Positions 47,789 through 61,654 of a DNA stretch of 64,000 nucleotides are shown piece after piece. The notes under the pieces are model-generated. The model had not been told where the DNA came from. It saw nothing but the letters and a program-made list of their open reading frames with translations, and ran no database searches. The position numbers and the translations under genes were made by a program. Positions within the stretch are counted from its first letter, which is position 1, and every line of letters starts with the position of its first letter. Source of the stretch: a phage; sequence record PQ724392.1; one strand, written 5' to 3'.

Positions 47789-48453
47789 TGAAAACATTAA
47801 CGAATAAAAAGGCTGGAGTAATTTCCCGCCTTGCTAGTTGCTTAGAATTTCAAAATACATCAAAAAATATTACGGCTGTCATGGGTCAACGAGCAATCGG
47901 CGGCCCATCCGCAACACAAACAACCGAGGGTATTTTTTATCCAACAGTTCAGAGCGCAATAGATGATATTGCGTTTCGATATGAGCTTCCGGTTGGCAGT
48001 GTAATTACTAATACGAATAACCTTTCTCCTGCGGCAATCAGTCAGTCGGATAAAATTAAATTTACCGGGTCTATTTCTGGTGCTGGAGTTGGTGATACTG
48101 TTTTATTTTTCATTTTTGGTATTCCAGTTGAGGTTATTGTCGGGGATTCGGCTGTATTAGTTGCTTCCAAGGTTAACGATGCTTTGCTGGCGGCTGTTGC
48201 TGATAGTTTAATTGTGTCAAGCTCTGCAATTGATAGTGTAGACCAGTCTATATTAAATATTACATATAACGACTATCAAAACCATAATTTTGCACCCTTT
48301 ACTCAATATGGTTGTACGCTTAGCCAGACTATTATACAGCAACCGCGCGGTGGTTATGGTTCCTGGGAATATCTTGGAACTTCAACCCAGACATTATCAG
48401 GTGGCACAGCAGATGGCGCAATTTCACTTTACCATTATAAGCGAGTATCGTAA
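47788..48453 (+). CDS. 11: Baseplate wedge and tail pin gp11
   Basis: 221 aa, position and size. Confidence 0.85.
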   Translation: MKTLTNKKAGVISRLASCLEFQNTSKNITAVMGQRAIGGPSATQTTEGIFYPTVQSAIDDIAFRYELPVGSVITNTNNLSPAAISQSDKIKFTGSISGAGVGDTVLFFIFGIPVEVIVGDSAVLVASKVNDALLAAVADSLIVSSSAIDSVDQSILNITYNDYQNHNFAPFTQYGCTLSQTIIQQPRGGYGSWEYLGTSTQTLSGGTADGAISLYHYKRVS

Positions 48454-50003
48454 TGACAACGACTAACACGCTAAAACACATTAGCGATAAATCCGAATAT
48501 AAAACATTCGACCCGACGGGAACAGCTTTCCCGTCGACTGTTACCAACGTACAAGAGGCTTTAGGGTCTCTTAATAAAATTGCGTTAGATGGTTATATCC
48601 CAGCCTCATCCGAAACGACCGCAGGACTCATCAGGCTAGCCACCACACAAGAAGTTATTGATGGTATTAGTCCAGACTCTGCTGTCACCCCAGCGACCTT
48701 AAAAGCTCGTTTAGACATTCCTACGCAAGCTACAGAAACTTATGTAGGTATTACCCGTTATGCAACCAATGCCGAAGCAATTGCCGGGACAGTAACCGAT
48801 GCAGCTATTGTTCCATCTTCATTAAAAGCAACAATTGATAATGTTTTTACTGTTCGTGTTGGTACTGAAAATAACCTGGGTGTTCTTCGTATTAGTACCG
48901 AGGATGCAGCTTTAGCTGGCACAGATGACACAACCGCTATGTCTCCGTTGAAAGTTGCTCTGGCAATTGGCAAAGCAACAGCAGCGCTTCCAACTTATTC
49001 AACTGCCACACAAACTGTTTCTGGTTTAGTACGAATTGCTACAAATGCTGAAGTGCAAGCAGGAACCCTGGGTGACGGTGTAGCAATTTCTCCAGCAGGT
49101 TTAAATGCTCGTACAGCAACACAAGACCGCGCTGGGATTATTCGTCTTGGTAATCAGTCAGAGATTAATAACAGTGCTGATGGTGTTGCGGTAACTGGCG
49201 CAACTCTTAATGGTCGTGGAGCCACAACCGATAATCGCGGCGTCGTTAGATTAACTACTCAGGCTGGGGTTGCTCCTGGTGGTGATGGTGCCGGTGCACT
49301 GGCTTGGAATGCTGATGTAATCAACACTCGCGGTGGTCAACGAATTAATGGAAGTCTTTCTTTAGATTATATTTCCACCGGCAATTTTGATTCCAATACA
49401 GCTCATATGGGCGGTCAATTACTTTCTACACAGCGTTATGCTTCTGAACGGGTTCCGGTTGGAACGGTGATGATGTTCGCAGGTGATAGTGCTCCTCCTG
49501 GCTGGATTATGTGTCACGGCGGCACCGTTAATGGTGACCAATTCCCTGACTATCGAAATACTGTTGGAACTCGTTTCGGTGGCGATTGGACCAACGTCGG
49601 TATTCCTGATATGCGTGGTTTGTTTGTTCGTGGTGCTGGTACCGGTGGACATATTCTGAATAACCGTGGTCAAGATGGTTATGGCAAAGACCGTTTGGGT
49701 GTTGGTTGTGATGGTTCATGGGTCGGTGGTGTACAAGCTCAGCAAATGTCATATCATAAACACGCGGGTGGTTGGGGTGAATACCAACGTAACGAAGCTC
49801 CATTTGGTGCATCAGTTTATCAAGGTTATCTGGGTACAAGAAAATATGCAGACTGGGATAACGCTTCATATTTTACTAACGATGGATTTGAACTCGGTGG
49901 CGGCAGAGATGCTTTAGGTACGTTAAACCGTGAAGGTCTTATTGGTTATGAAACTCGCCCATGGAATATGTCTTTAAACTATATTATCAAAATTCATTAC
50001 TAA
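48453..50003 (+). CDS. 12: Short tail fibre gp12
   Basis: 516 aa; Ala/Thr-rich repeats; C-terminus ends IKIHY. Confidence 0.85.
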   Translation: MTTTNTLKHISDKSEYKTFDPTGTAFPSTVTNVQEALGSLNKIALDGYIPASSETTAGLIRLATTQEVIDGISPDSAVTPATLKARLDIPTQATETYVGITRYATNAEAIAGTVTDAAIVPSSLKATIDNVFTVRVGTENNLGVLRISTEDAALAGTDDTTAMSPLKVALAIGKATAALPTYSTATQTVSGLVRIATNAEVQAGTLGDGVAISPAGLNARTATQDRAGIIRLGNQSEINNSADGVAVTGATLNGRGATTDNRGVVRLTTQAGVAPGGDGAGALAWNADVINTRGGQRINGSLSLDYISTGNFDSNTAHMGGQLLSTQRYASERVPVGTVMMFAGDSAPPGWIMCHGGTVNGDQFPDYRNTVGTRFGGDWTNVGIPDMRGLFVRGAGTGGHILNNRGQDGYGKDRLGVGCDGSWVGGVQAQQMSYHKHAGGWGEYQRNEAPFGASVYQGYLGTRKYADWDNASYFTNDGFELGGGRDALGTLNREGLIGYETRPWNMSLNYIIKIHY

Positions 50004-50011
50004 GGACCAAA

Positions 50012-51637
50012 ATGATTAATAAACTCAGTCTCAAAGAACTGCCGTATAGCATCGGTATTCCAGACGAAGGTCAACAGAGAATTCGTTGGATACAAAACGG
50101 CGATTGTATGACTGCGGCCAGTACCAAATATGGTCATGATGGTAATTTGAACGCCGCTGCAGTTGGCGTTCAAACAAACGTAGATACACTCGACGACAAC
50201 TCAAATGCATCTAAAGAAAAAATAAACGAAATTATTGATAACGTCAATAATATTCAGGAAGCTTTGAATATAACAACTAACACGGAAGTTGTTAAACAAA
50301 TTGAAAAAAACCGTACGGATATTCTTGACCTTGATGAACGTCAATTTAATACCGAATTGTTATCAAGCGAAACATCTGAAGACCTTAAAAAGTTAAAAGA
50401 AGATGTTGGTGTTTATGACCCGTTAACCGATTCATATTATCGCACAGTTCGTAATGACCTCGTATGGATTAAAAATGAATTAGGCCAGTATGTTGACCAA
50501 GATATAAATGGTCTCCAGGTTATCGGCAATCCGTCAAAAGGCATGAAACGCCGCATCATCGATAACAGTTCGGCTATTGTTGCCCATGGAGTTCGTATTA
50601 AGACTCTTGAAGATAACTATCATGATTCTGATGTTGGTTCTCTTAACGTAAAAGTAATTAAAATTCGTGAAGAATTAGGTGAGTCTACTTTAGCAACAGG
50701 TAAACCGGCTGTATTTGTTCGACTGAATACTCTTGATGGTAAAGCAGTTGAAATTGACGAAGATATTGCCAACATTCAAGAAGCTATTGGTTTTGGTACC
50801 GGACTTGCAATTACAACTCGCGTTGAAAATCTTGGTGGACGTGTTTCGGTCAATGAAACAGATATTGCGAATATCAAACCAAGACTTGCTAAGGTTGAAG
50901 CTGATATCGGCACCGCTCTGGAACCGTTAACAATTAATGGTCGAATCAGTGCTTTGCGCTCGGATGTTAATGGCTTACAGGTTGTTGTTGGTCAGGATTC
51001 AAGCTCTGGTTTACGCGGAACCACTGCATGGCTTTCTCAGAGAATCGGTACAGAGCAATCTCCGGAGCCAAACACTATCACGTATAAGTTGAATGCGACC
51101 ACTACACTGGCTAACGAAACTGCATCAGGCCTTCAGGATGTACAGGCCGAAATCGGTACAAATAACACTGGTATGAAAGGCTCTATTTTGACTTTAACTA
51201 GCCAGATGAATGGTACAAACCCTAACGGTGCTACTGTGGCTGAACGTGGTGTTCTTCCGGTTGTAATTAACTTGGATATGCTGATGGCGTCCAAGCTGAA
51301 CGACGCACCATTGGACAATAAGTTATATGGTCGCAAGCAAGGAAACTGGACTGAAATTATCGATACCAGAACCGAGATTGATGCAATTAAACTCGATACT
51401 GCAAAAATTGCACCATTAACCACTCGCGTGACAACCCTTGAAGGTACAGTAACTCCGCTCCCTGGTCGCCTGGATGCGGCCGAGGCGAAGATAACTACTT
51501 TAGAAGGTAAAGTATCAGCCTTAGAAACAGAGCTCGCCAAAAGGCCTCCTGTCGCTCCTGCAGCTGATGGTCTCCCTTATGTGCTCGTTGATAATGCATG
51601 GGTTCTTTTGTCTACATTCGTGACTGTTGGACCATAA
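50012..51637 (+). CDS. wac: Fibritin (neck whiskers)
   Basis: 541 aa from ATG 50012; coiled-coil segments; C-terminal foldon-like ...PYVLVDNAWVLLSTF. Confidence 0.85.
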   Translation: MINKLSLKELPYSIGIPDEGQQRIRWIQNGDCMTAASTKYGHDGNLNAAAVGVQTNVDTLDDNSNASKEKINEIIDNVNNIQEALNITTNTEVVKQIEKNRTDILDLDERQFNTELLSSETSEDLKKLKEDVGVYDPLTDSYYRTVRNDLVWIKNELGQYVDQDINGLQVIGNPSKGMKRRIIDNSSAIVAHGVRIKTLEDNYHDSDVGSLNVKVIKIREELGESTLATGKPAVFVRLNTLDGKAVEIDEDIANIQEAIGFGTGLAITTRVENLGGRVSVNETDIANIKPRLAKVEADIGTALEPLTINGRISALRSDVNGLQVVVGQDSSSGLRGTTAWLSQRIGTEQSPEPNTITYKLNATTTLANETASGLQDVQAEIGTNNTGMKGSILTLTSQMNGTNPNGATVAERGVLPVVINLDMLMASKLNDAPLDNKLYGRKQGNWTEIIDTRTEIDAIKLDTAKIAPLTTRVTTLEGTVTPLPGRLDAAEAKITTLEGKVSALETELAKRPPVAPAADGLPYVLVDNAWVLLSTFVTVGP

Positions 51638-51641
51638 CAAA

Positions 51642-51660
51642 AGGGCTTCGGCCCTTTTTT
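51642..51660 (+). terminator. rho-independent terminator (AGGGC-TTCG-GCCCT, T6)
   Basis: immediately after wac stop. Confidence 0.55.
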
Positions 51661-51662
51661 CG

Positions 51663-51670
51663 TATAAATA
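51663..51670 (+). promoter_or_regulatory. late promoter TATAAATA for gene 13
   Basis: exact 8-mer about 19 nt upstream of ATG. Confidence 0.6.
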
Positions 51671-51688
51671 CAGTAAAGAGGAAAACAT

Positions 51689-52627
51689 ATGGCAACTGAA
51701 TCATACAACCCGAAACAATTAAAAGATGCAATCCTTCGACGTCTTGGTGCTCCAATTACGAATATCGAAGTTACGACCGAACAGGTCTATGATTGCATCC
51801 AGCGTGCATTAGAATTATATGGCGAATATCATTATAATGGTTATAACAAAGGTTATCAGGCTTTTTATATCGGTCATGATGATGTTTCACAACAGAAATT
51901 TCGCGATGGTGTTTTCGATTTAAAAGGCCGTAATATTTTTGCAGTAACGCAGATTATTCGTACTAACGTCGGTTCATTAACTTCGATGGATGGTCAAGCT
52001 ACATATCCATGGTTCACAGATTTTGTTCTGGGACTGGCCGGGATTAACGGTGGAATGGGTAGCTCATGTAACAGCTTTGGTCCAAATGCTTTTGGTGCAG
52101 ACCTTGGTTATTTTACACAGCTTATGCAATATCGTTCAATGATGCAAGACCTGATGGTTCCGCTTCCGGATTACTGGTATAATGACGATACTGAACAACT
52201 TAAAATTATGGGCAACTTCCGTCAGGGAGATGTGATTGTAATTGAAGTTTATACCAAATCGTATAACGGCGTGGATTCAATGGTAGGTAATACAGCTGGA
52301 TATGGTTTTGCTTCGGCCGATTGTGATAATCCGTGGAATGCTGGCGCACAGTGGGATAACCCAGCGCGCAGAATAAGCGGTATGAGAGCCGGTGAGGACC
52401 TTGGGCTTCAAGATGGTGCATACAACAACCGTTGGGTGAAAGACTATGCCACAGCGCTCGTTAAGGAAGTTAACGGCAACGTATTGGCTAAACACCAGGG
52501 GATGATGATGCCAGGTGGTACCACGGTTGATGGTGTTCGTTTAATTGAAGAAGCTCGTATGGAAAAAGAACGTCTCCGCGAAGAACTTGACCTGCTGGAT
52601 GCACCGACTCCTATATTGGTGGGCTAA
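51689..52627 (+). CDS. 13: Neck protein gp13
   Basis: 312 aa, position and size. Confidence 0.85.
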   Translation: MATESYNPKQLKDAILRRLGAPITNIEVTTEQVYDCIQRALELYGEYHYNGYNKGYQAFYIGHDDVSQQKFRDGVFDLKGRNIFAVTQIIRTNVGSLTSMDGQATYPWFTDFVLGLAGINGGMGSSCNSFGPNAFGADLGYFTQLMQYRSMMQDLMVPLPDYWYNDDTEQLKIMGNFRQGDVIVIEVYTKSYNGVDSMVGNTAGYGFASADCDNPWNAGAQWDNPARRISGMRAGEDLGLQDGAYNNRWVKDYATALVKEVNGNVLAKHQGMMMPGGTTVDGVRLIEEARMEKERLREELDLLDAPTPILVG

Positions 52628-53412
52628 TGGCTACTTATGACGCAAGATTATTCGCCCGGCTCGAAGACGGGACCGGGTATGACAATACCAATGCTACAGA
52701 GATATTGAACCCTTATGTAAACTTTATGCATCATGAAAATACCCAGACTTTAGCCGATGCTATTGTTGCTGAAAGTATTCAGATGCGCGGGATGTCTCTC
52801 TATTATATCCCAAGACAATTCGTTAAACCAGATTTGTTATTTGGTGAAGACCTCCAGAGTAAATTTGATAAAGCATGGAAATTTGCTGGATATCTGGATA
52901 CGTTCGATGCATATCAGGGTGATGGTTCTATCTTTAGTAAATTCGGTATGACTGTGAACGATGAAATTACAATATCCATTAACCCTAATCTGTTTAAACA
53001 CCAATGCAATGGAACTGAACCTATTGCCGGGGATTTGATTTATTTCCCTCTTGATAACAGCCTGTTCGAAATTACATGGGTGCAACCTTATGACCCATTC
53101 TATCAGGTAGGTCAAAATGCTATCCGTAAAATCACCGCGAGCAAATACATTTACTCTGGAGAAGAGCTTAAACCCGAATTGCAACGAAATGAAGGTATTA
53201 ATATTCCAGAATTCAGTGAGCTCGATTTACAACCAATCCACAATATCGACGGTCTTACAGATATCAGCGATATCCCTTATGCTGAATCCAATGAGATTAA
53301 CACAGAAGCAGCTGAATATGTTAAACCATATTTTGTGCAGAATGGTCGTGGACTTGAGGCTCCACCTAAGGCAAAACAGGATAGCTTTGACGATAGTTTC
53401 TTTGATGAATAA
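52627..53412 (+). CDS. 14: Neck protein gp14
   Basis: 261 aa, position and size. Confidence 0.85.
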   Translation: MATYDARLFARLEDGTGYDNTNATEILNPYVNFMHHENTQTLADAIVAESIQMRGMSLYYIPRQFVKPDLLFGEDLQSKFDKAWKFAGYLDTFDAYQGDGSIFSKFGMTVNDEITISINPNLFKHQCNGTEPIAGDLIYFPLDNSLFEITWVQPYDPFYQVGQNAIRKITASKYIYSGEELKPELQRNEGINIPEFSELDLQPIHNIDGLTDISDIPYAESNEINTEAAEYVKPYFVQNGRGLEAPPKAKQDSFDDSFFDE

Positions 53413-53455
53413 ATACATTTATTAATGCGCCCGAACTGGGCGCCTGGAGGTTACT

Positions 53456-54327
53456 TTGTTTGGGCATTTTTATAATTCGTCTCTGCGTCGCTATATCGTT
53501 TTAATGGGCGATTTATTTTCCCATGTACAAGTGGCCAGAACCAGAGAAGACACTGGACTTAAATATATTAAGGTCCCTATTTCTTATGCTTCAAAAGAAA
53601 AATTCATGATGCAGCTTGGAAAATGGACCGCTATTCAGAATACACCGACTCCTGACATGTCACCACAAGAACGTGCTGCTCAGAAGGCTAAAATCGAGAC
53701 CGTATTGCCCCGTATGAACCTACATATGGTTGACTTGATGTATAACGGGCAATATAAAACGGCTCTCCAGAATCACACACAGGCGCGATTTGCTAATAAC
53801 GACCCTCGCAAGCAGATATCTCAATATTCTCCTGTGCCGGTCAAAATGATTTTCGAGCTTGGAATATATACAAGGCATCAAGATGATATGTTCCAGATTA
53901 TCGAACAAATCATGCCTTACTTCCAACCACATTTTAATACAACTATCACCGAACTTTACACGAATGAAATTACATTCGAACGTGATATAAGAATCGTATT
54001 GCAGTCAATTGCTATGGATGAGCAAATTGAAGGTGATGCAATGACTCGTCGTAGACTCGAATGGTCCATTATGTTCGAAGTTAACGGTTGGTTATATCCA
54101 CCGGTCAAGGAAGTAGCCGGGGAAATCCGTACTATCTATCTTGACTTCTTTGCAAATTCCAGAGAGCTTGCACCGGAGGGCAATTTCGAATCTGTTGACT
54201 CGGAAGCTGTTCCACGAGACGTCGACCAAGAAGACTGGCAAGGTGAATCTGTTCAAACATATTCGCAGGATATTCCTGTACCGGTTGACCCAGCACCGCC
54301 AGCCCCAAGAAAAAATAGGGTACCACT

Positions 54328-54331
<4 letters not shown>
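53456..54331 (+). CDS. 15: Tail sheath stabilizer/terminator gp15 (TTG start)
   Basis: [13 protein letters not shown] aligns with T4 gp15 N-terminus; first codon is TTG with GGAGG RBS. Confidence 0.8.
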
Positions 54332-56638
<2,307 letters not shown>

Positions 56639-56667
56639 AAGTAAAGCAAACTATTAGAGGACTCAAA

Positions 56668-58647
56668 ATGGCTTTATTATCCCCGGGCATTGAGCTCAAA
56701 GAAACAACGGTACAAAGCACTGTTGTTCGTAACGCGACGGGTCGTGCGGCGCTGGTTGGTAAATTCCAGTGGGGCCCAGCTTTCCAGGTAACTCAAATTA
56801 CAAACGAAGTTGAACTTGTTGATTTGTTTGGTGGTCCGAATAATGAAACAGCAGATTACTTTATGAGTGGGATGAACTTCCTGCAATATGGTAACGACCT
56901 CCGTACTGTACGTGTTGTTAACCGTGACGAAGCTAAAAACGCATCCCCTATTGCTGGCAATATTGAAACTACCATCGTAACTGCTGGTACAAACTATGCT
57001 GTCGGTGATGTTATTCAGGTTAAACACAACCAGACTGTTGTTGAACCGGCTGGCCGTGTGACCAAGGTCGATGTTGATGGTAAAATTCAGGCAATCTTTA
57101 TTCCTACCGATAAGATTATTGCATTTGCCAAAACTATTAACCAGTATCCTAATTTAGGTAGTGCATGGACTGCGGAAGTTACAACCACTTCTTCTGGCGT
57201 ATCTGGTACCATCACCGTTGGGAAAATTGTTACCGATTCTGGAATTCTGTTGACTGAAGCAGAAAATAGTGAAGAAGCAATTACTTCTCTGGAATTCCAG
57301 GCATCATTAGCAAAATATGCAATGCCAGGTGTTGTTGCTCTTTATCCAGGTGAAATCGGTTCGACTCTGGAAGTTGAAATCGTATCTAAAGCTGAATTTG
57401 AAAAAGGCGCAGCTGCAAATCTGAATATTTTCCCGGGCGGCGGAACGCGTGCTTCTGTGGCTCGTGCCGTGTTTAACTATGGCCCTCAGTCTGAAAACCA
57501 ATATGCAATTATCGTTCGCCGCGATGGTGCAATCGTCGAAAACGTTGTTTTGTCTACCAAGCAGGGCGAAAAAGATGTTTACGGTAATAACATTTATCTG
57601 GATGACTACTTTGCAAAAGGTACTTCCAACTACATCTATGCAACATCTCGCAACTGGCCTGTAGGCTTCAGTGGTATCATCAATCTGTCTGGTGGTATTT
57701 CTGCAAACGATAAGATTACCGCTGGTGATTTGATGCAAGGTTGGGACCTGTTTGCTGACCGTGAAGCACTGCATATTAACCTGCTTATCGCTGGTGCAGT
57801 AGCTGGTGAAGGTGATGCAACCGCTTCCACTGTTCAGAAACACGTGGTTTCTATTGCTGACGAACGTCAGGATTGTCTGGCATTTATTTCCCCACCGAAA
57901 GGTCTGTTGGTTAACGTTCCTCTGACCCGTGCAGTGGATAACCTGATTGACTGGCGTACAGGTGCTGGCGCATTTGATACTGATAACATGAATATCAGCA
58001 CGACTTATGCAGCGATTGATGGCAACTATAAATATCAGTATGATAAATATAATGACGTTAACCGTTGGGTTCCTCTGGCAGCTGATATGGCTGGTCTGTG
58101 TGCTCGTACTGATGATGTTTCTCAGCCTTGGATGTCTCCGGCTGGTTATAACCGCGGTCAGATTCTGAACGTTCTGAAATTGGCTGTTGAACCACGTCAG
58201 ACCCAACGTGACCGCATGTATCAAGAAGCTATCAACCCGGTTGTTGGTTTCGCAGGTGGTGATGGTTTTGTTCTGTATGGTGATAAGACTGCAACTAAAG
58301 TTCCATCTCCGATGGACCATATTAACGTTCGTCGTCTTACGAATATGCTGAAGAAAAATATCGGTGATGCATCCAAATATAAACTGTTTGAGCTTAACGA
58401 TAACTTCACTCGTGCATCATTCCGTATGGAAACTTCTCAATACTTGGATGGTATTCGTGCACTTGGTGGCATTTATGAAGGTCGTGTAGTTTGTGATACT
58501 ACTAACAACACCCCGTCGGTCATAGACCGAAATGAGTTTGTTGCTAGCATTTATTTTAAACCTGCGCGCAGCATCAACTACATCACTCTTAATTTCGTAG
58601 CCACTAGCACTGGTGCTGATTTTGATGAGCTGATTGGGCCACAATAA
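56668..58647 (+). CDS. 18: Tail sheath protein gp18
   Basis: 659 aa, same length as T4 gp18. Confidence 0.95.
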   Translation: MALLSPGIELKETTVQSTVVRNATGRAALVGKFQWGPAFQVTQITNEVELVDLFGGPNNETADYFMSGMNFLQYGNDLRTVRVVNRDEAKNASPIAGNIETTIVTAGTNYAVGDVIQVKHNQTVVEPAGRVTKVDVDGKIQAIFIPTDKIIAFAKTINQYPNLGSAWTAEVTTTSSGVSGTITVGKIVTDSGILLTEAENSEEAITSLEFQASLAKYAMPGVVALYPGEIGSTLEVEIVSKAEFEKGAAANLNIFPGGGTRASVARAVFNYGPQSENQYAIIVRRDGAIVENVVLSTKQGEKDVYGNNIYLDDYFAKGTSNYIYATSRNWPVGFSGIINLSGGISANDKITAGDLMQGWDLFADREALHINLLIAGAVAGEGDATASTVQKHVVSIADERQDCLAFISPPKGLLVNVPLTRAVDNLIDWRTGAGAFDTDNMNISTTYAAIDGNYKYQYDKYNDVNRWVPLAADMAGLCARTDDVSQPWMSPAGYNRGQILNVLKLAVEPRQTQRDRMYQEAINPVVGFAGGDGFVLYGDKTATKVPSPMDHINVRRLTNMLKKNIGDASKYKLFELNDNFTRASFRMETSQYLDGIRALGGIYEGRVVCDTTNNTPSVIDRNEFVASIYFKPARSINYITLNFVATSTGADFDELIGPQ

Positions 58648-58704
58648 TTATCATCGCTTAGAATGAATTAATCAGTTAGAAACCGTAGAACCATTATACA
58701 GTGG

Positions 58705-58712
58705 TATAAATA
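58705..58712 (+). promoter_or_regulatory. late promoter TATAAATA inside loop of a 10-bp hairpin
   Basis: exact 8-mer between inverted repeat CCGTAGAACC / GGTTCTACGG. Confidence 0.55.
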
Positions 58713-58791
58713 AAAGCATAATCGGTTCTACGGGCTCCTGTGGTTGATTCTGGGAAGCCATTATCTTGAGATGATGAATCATATTACCTAG

Positions 58792-58799
58792 TATAAATA
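58792..58799 (+). promoter_or_regulatory. late promoter TATAAATA for gene 19
   Basis: exact 8-mer about 52 nt upstream of ATG. Confidence 0.55.
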
Positions 58800-58851
58800 C
58801 ATGCATCAGGGACGCGTTCGCGCGACCTGTGTCTATAAAGAGGATTCCTTA

Positions 58852-59343
58852 ATGGAGTTGACCGATATCACACGCGCTTTCGAATCCGGCGACTTTGCTC
58901 GCCCTAACCTGTTCGAAGTCGAAATCCCATTCCTGGGTAAAAACTTTGCTTTCCATTGTAAAGCAGCCCCGATGCCAGCAGGCATTGTAGAAAAAGTTCC
59001 TGTCGGTTACATGAACCGTAAAATCAACGTTGCGGGCGACCGTACATTTGATGACTGGACTATTACGATTTATAACGACGATGCTCATAAAGTTCGTCAA
59101 GCAATTGTTGATTGGCAAAACCTGTGTCACGGTATGACTAACGAAATCACCGGTGCAGCTCCTGCTGATTATAAGAAAACCGCTACTGTCCGCCAGTTCC
59201 ATCGTGATGGCAAGACCGTTACGAAAGAAGTTGTTATTACCGGCATGTGGCCAACCAACGTTGGGGAAGTCCAGATGGATTGGGACAGTAACAACGAAAT
59301 TGAAACGTTCGAAGCAACGTTCGCAATTGACTGGTGGGAATAA
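58852..59343 (+). CDS. 19: Tail tube protein gp19
   Basis: 163 aa from ATG 58852 (AAGAGGA RBS); matches T4 gp19 length and N-terminus. Confidence 0.9.
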   Translation: MELTDITRAFESGDFARPNLFEVEIPFLGKNFAFHCKAAPMPAGIVEKVPVGYMNRKINVAGDRTFDDWTITIYNDDAHKVRQAIVDWQNLCHGMTNEITGAAPADYKKTATVRQFHRDGKTVTKEVVITGMWPTNVGEVQMDWDSNNEIETFEATFAIDWWE

Positions 59344-59344
59344 G

Positions 59345-59352
59345 TATAAATA
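59345..59352 (+). promoter_or_regulatory. late promoter TATAAATA for gene 20
   Basis: exact 8-mer just after gene 19 stop; UUCG hairpin in leader. Confidence 0.55.
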
Positions 59353-59400
59353 AAGTTATTATGAGGCTTCGGCCTCATTTCCCAAACTTCGGAGACTCTA

Positions 59401-60975
59401 ATGGCAGGTTTTAACACAATACTAAATTTTCTTAAGCCTTGGGCTAAAGAAGATGAACAAGAATATAAGCAACAAGAAAAAAATAATTTAGAGTCAATGA
59501 CCGGGCCGAAGTTTGACGATGGGGCTCGCGAAATTGAGTCACAAGAACAAAACGTCCCGTATAATGCATTGATGCAACAGATGTTCGGGAGTAATGAACC
59601 TGAAGTAAAAAATACCAGGGAATTAATTGACACATACCGCAACTTACTAAATAATTATGAAGTTGATAACGCGGTGCAAGAAATTGTGTCTGATGCTATC
59701 GTTTTTGAAGACGGTAAAGATGTTGTAGCTCTTAACCTTGATGCTACCGAATTTAGTCAGAAAATTAAAGACCGAATCCTCGAAGAATTCACGGAAGTTA
59801 ATAACCTCCTTAATTTCGAGCGCAAAGGTTCTGACCACTTTAAACGTTGGTATGTGGATTCTCGAATTTTCTTCCACAAAATTATCAACCCAGCAAAACT
59901 TAAAGATGGGGTCCAAGAACTTCGTCGCCTTGACCCAAGACAAATCCAGTTCATCCGTGAAATCGTTACACGCATGGAAAATGGTACAAAAATTGTCGAC
60001 GGTTACAGAGAATATTTTGTATACGATACTGGCCATGAAAGTTATTGTGCCGATGGTCGTATATATGAAGCAGGTACTAAAATAAAAATTCCTCGTGCGG
60101 CGATTGTATATGCGCATTCTGGATTACTCGATTGTTGTGGCAAGAATATCATCGGATACTTGCAACGAGCAATTAAACCTGCAAACCAATTAAAACTATT
60201 AGAAGATGCTTTAGTCATTTATCGTATAACTCGTGCACCAGACCGCCGAGTCTTTTATATCGATACCGGGAATATGCCGTCTCGTAAAGCAGCAGCACAT
60301 ATGCAACATATTATGAATACGATGAAAAACCGTGTCGTATATGATGCAACCACGGGTAAAATCAAAAACCAACAGCACAACATGTCTATGACAGAAGACT
60401 ATTGGTTGCAACGCCGTGATGGTAAAGCTGTCACCGAAGTTGACACTCTCCCGGGTGCGCAAGGCATGTCGGATATGGACGATGTTCGCTGGTTTAAGAA
60501 CAACCTATATCAGGCTCTCCGAATTCCATTATCTCGTATCCCTAATGACCAAAACAGCGGCGTTATGTTTGATGCGGGCGCGACAATTACTCGCGATGAA
60601 TTGAATTTCTCTAAATGGATTAGGCAGCTACAGAATAAATTTGAAGAAGTTTTCCTCGACCCGCTTAAAACCAACCTTATCCTGAAAAAAATTATTTCAG
60701 AAGAGGAATGGGAAAAGGAACTAAATAATATTAAAGTTACGTTCAACCGTGATAGCTATTTCACCGAAATGAAAGACGCAGAAATCATGGAACGCAGAAT
60801 CAATATGCTAACGATGGCTGAACCGTTTATCGGTAAATATATTTCGCATCAAACGGCTATGAAGGACTTCCTCCAGATGTCTGATGAAGAAATTAATCAA
60901 GAAGCTAAGCAAATTGAATTGGAGTCCAAAGAGGCTCGTTTCCAAAACCCTGAAGAAGAAGAAGAGGATTTCTAA
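59401..60975 (+). CDS. 20: Portal vertex protein gp20
   Basis: 524 aa, same length as T4 gp20. Confidence 0.9.
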   Translation: MAGFNTILNFLKPWAKEDEQEYKQQEKNNLESMTGPKFDDGAREIESQEQNVPYNALMQQMFGSNEPEVKNTRELIDTYRNLLNNYEVDNAVQEIVSDAIVFEDGKDVVALNLDATEFSQKIKDRILEEFTEVNNLLNFERKGSDHFKRWYVDSRIFFHKIINPAKLKDGVQELRRLDPRQIQFIREIVTRMENGTKIVDGYREYFVYDTGHESYCADGRIYEAGTKIKIPRAAIVYAHSGLLDCCGKNIIGYLQRAIKPANQLKLLEDALVIYRITRAPDRRVFYIDTGNMPSRKAAAHMQHIMNTMKNRVVYDATTGKIKNQQHNMSMTEDYWLQRRDGKAVTEVDTLPGAQGMSDMDDVRWFKNNLYQALRIPLSRIPNDQNSGVMFDAGATITRDELNFSKWIRQLQNKFEEVFLDPLKTNLILKKIISEEEWEKELNNIKVTFNRDSYFTEMKDAEIMERRINMLTMAEPFIGKYISHQTAMKDFLQMSDEEINQEAKQIELESKEARFQNPEEEEEDF

Positions 60976-61226
60976 TGGATGATTTATTTGAAGCCATTAA
61001 ATCAAACGACCTCGTAGCCGTTCGCAAATATTTTGCTGAAAACATTGGCCCAGTATGCGGTAGTTTGATTGAAGAACGTAAGATTGAAATTGCACGTTCC
61101 ATCATGATTGAAGGCGAAGAGCCTAAAGAAGATGATGAAGACGGTAAAGCAGAAAAGAAAGACAAAAAAGAATCTGATGACGCTGACGAAGGCGACGATG
61201 ATGAAGATGATGAGGACGATGAATAA
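60975..61226 (+). CDS. 67: Prohead core protein gp67
   Basis: 83 aa with polyacidic C-terminus. Confidence 0.7.
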   Translation: MDDLFEAIKSNDLVAVRKYFAENIGPVCGSLIEERKIEIARSIMIEGEEPKEDDEDGKAEKKDKKESDDADEGDDDEDDEDDE

Positions 61227-61654
61227 TGTTTATTATCCCTGATGATTACGAATTAACTCTTGAAAACATTGAAAGTGTTTCCGAAGAAGCTCAGGGACAA
61301 TTTGATTCATTATCTGAAGCCTTAGAAAAAGACGATATAAATATTATTGTAGAAAACATGTTTGCAGCCGGTGAATATGAAAAAGCAACGGTTATCGGTG
61401 CGCTGAATGAAGGTGTTCAGCTTAACGAATTTATCGTTAAACATGTATCGTCTCGCGGTGAGTTAACCCGCACAAAAGACCTAGCTACTCGTAAGCGTAA
61501 TGCTTTCCAAACAACTGGTCTTTCTAAAGCTAAACGTCGTCAAATTGCCCGTCTGGCTACTAAAACAAAAAGAGCAAACCCATCTACGCAAATCAGAGCA
61601 GAGCGCAAGCGCAAAAAAGCTCGAGCTAAGCGTAAAGCATTCGGACTTGATTAA
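61226..61654 (+). CDS. 68: Prohead core protein gp68
   Basis: 142 aa, ATGA-coupled. Confidence 0.7.
   Translation: MFIIPDDYELTLENIESVSEEAQGQFDSLSEALEKDDINIIVENMFAAGEYEKATVIGALNEGVQLNEFIVKHVSSRGELTRTKDLATRKRNAFQTTGLSKAKRRQIARLATKTKRANPSTQIRAERKRKKARAKRKAFGLD

Noticed and set aside
58027-58034. Exact TATAAATA inside the tail sheath coding sequence
   Set aside because: Encoded by a Tyr-Lys-Tyr codon run; no downstream start site needed; probably coincidental.
57307-58320. 337-aa minus-strand ORF inside the tail sheath gene
   Set aside because: Lies entirely antisense to gp18, Cys/Thr/Asn-rich low-complexity translation, no RBS; antisense artefact of a long gene.
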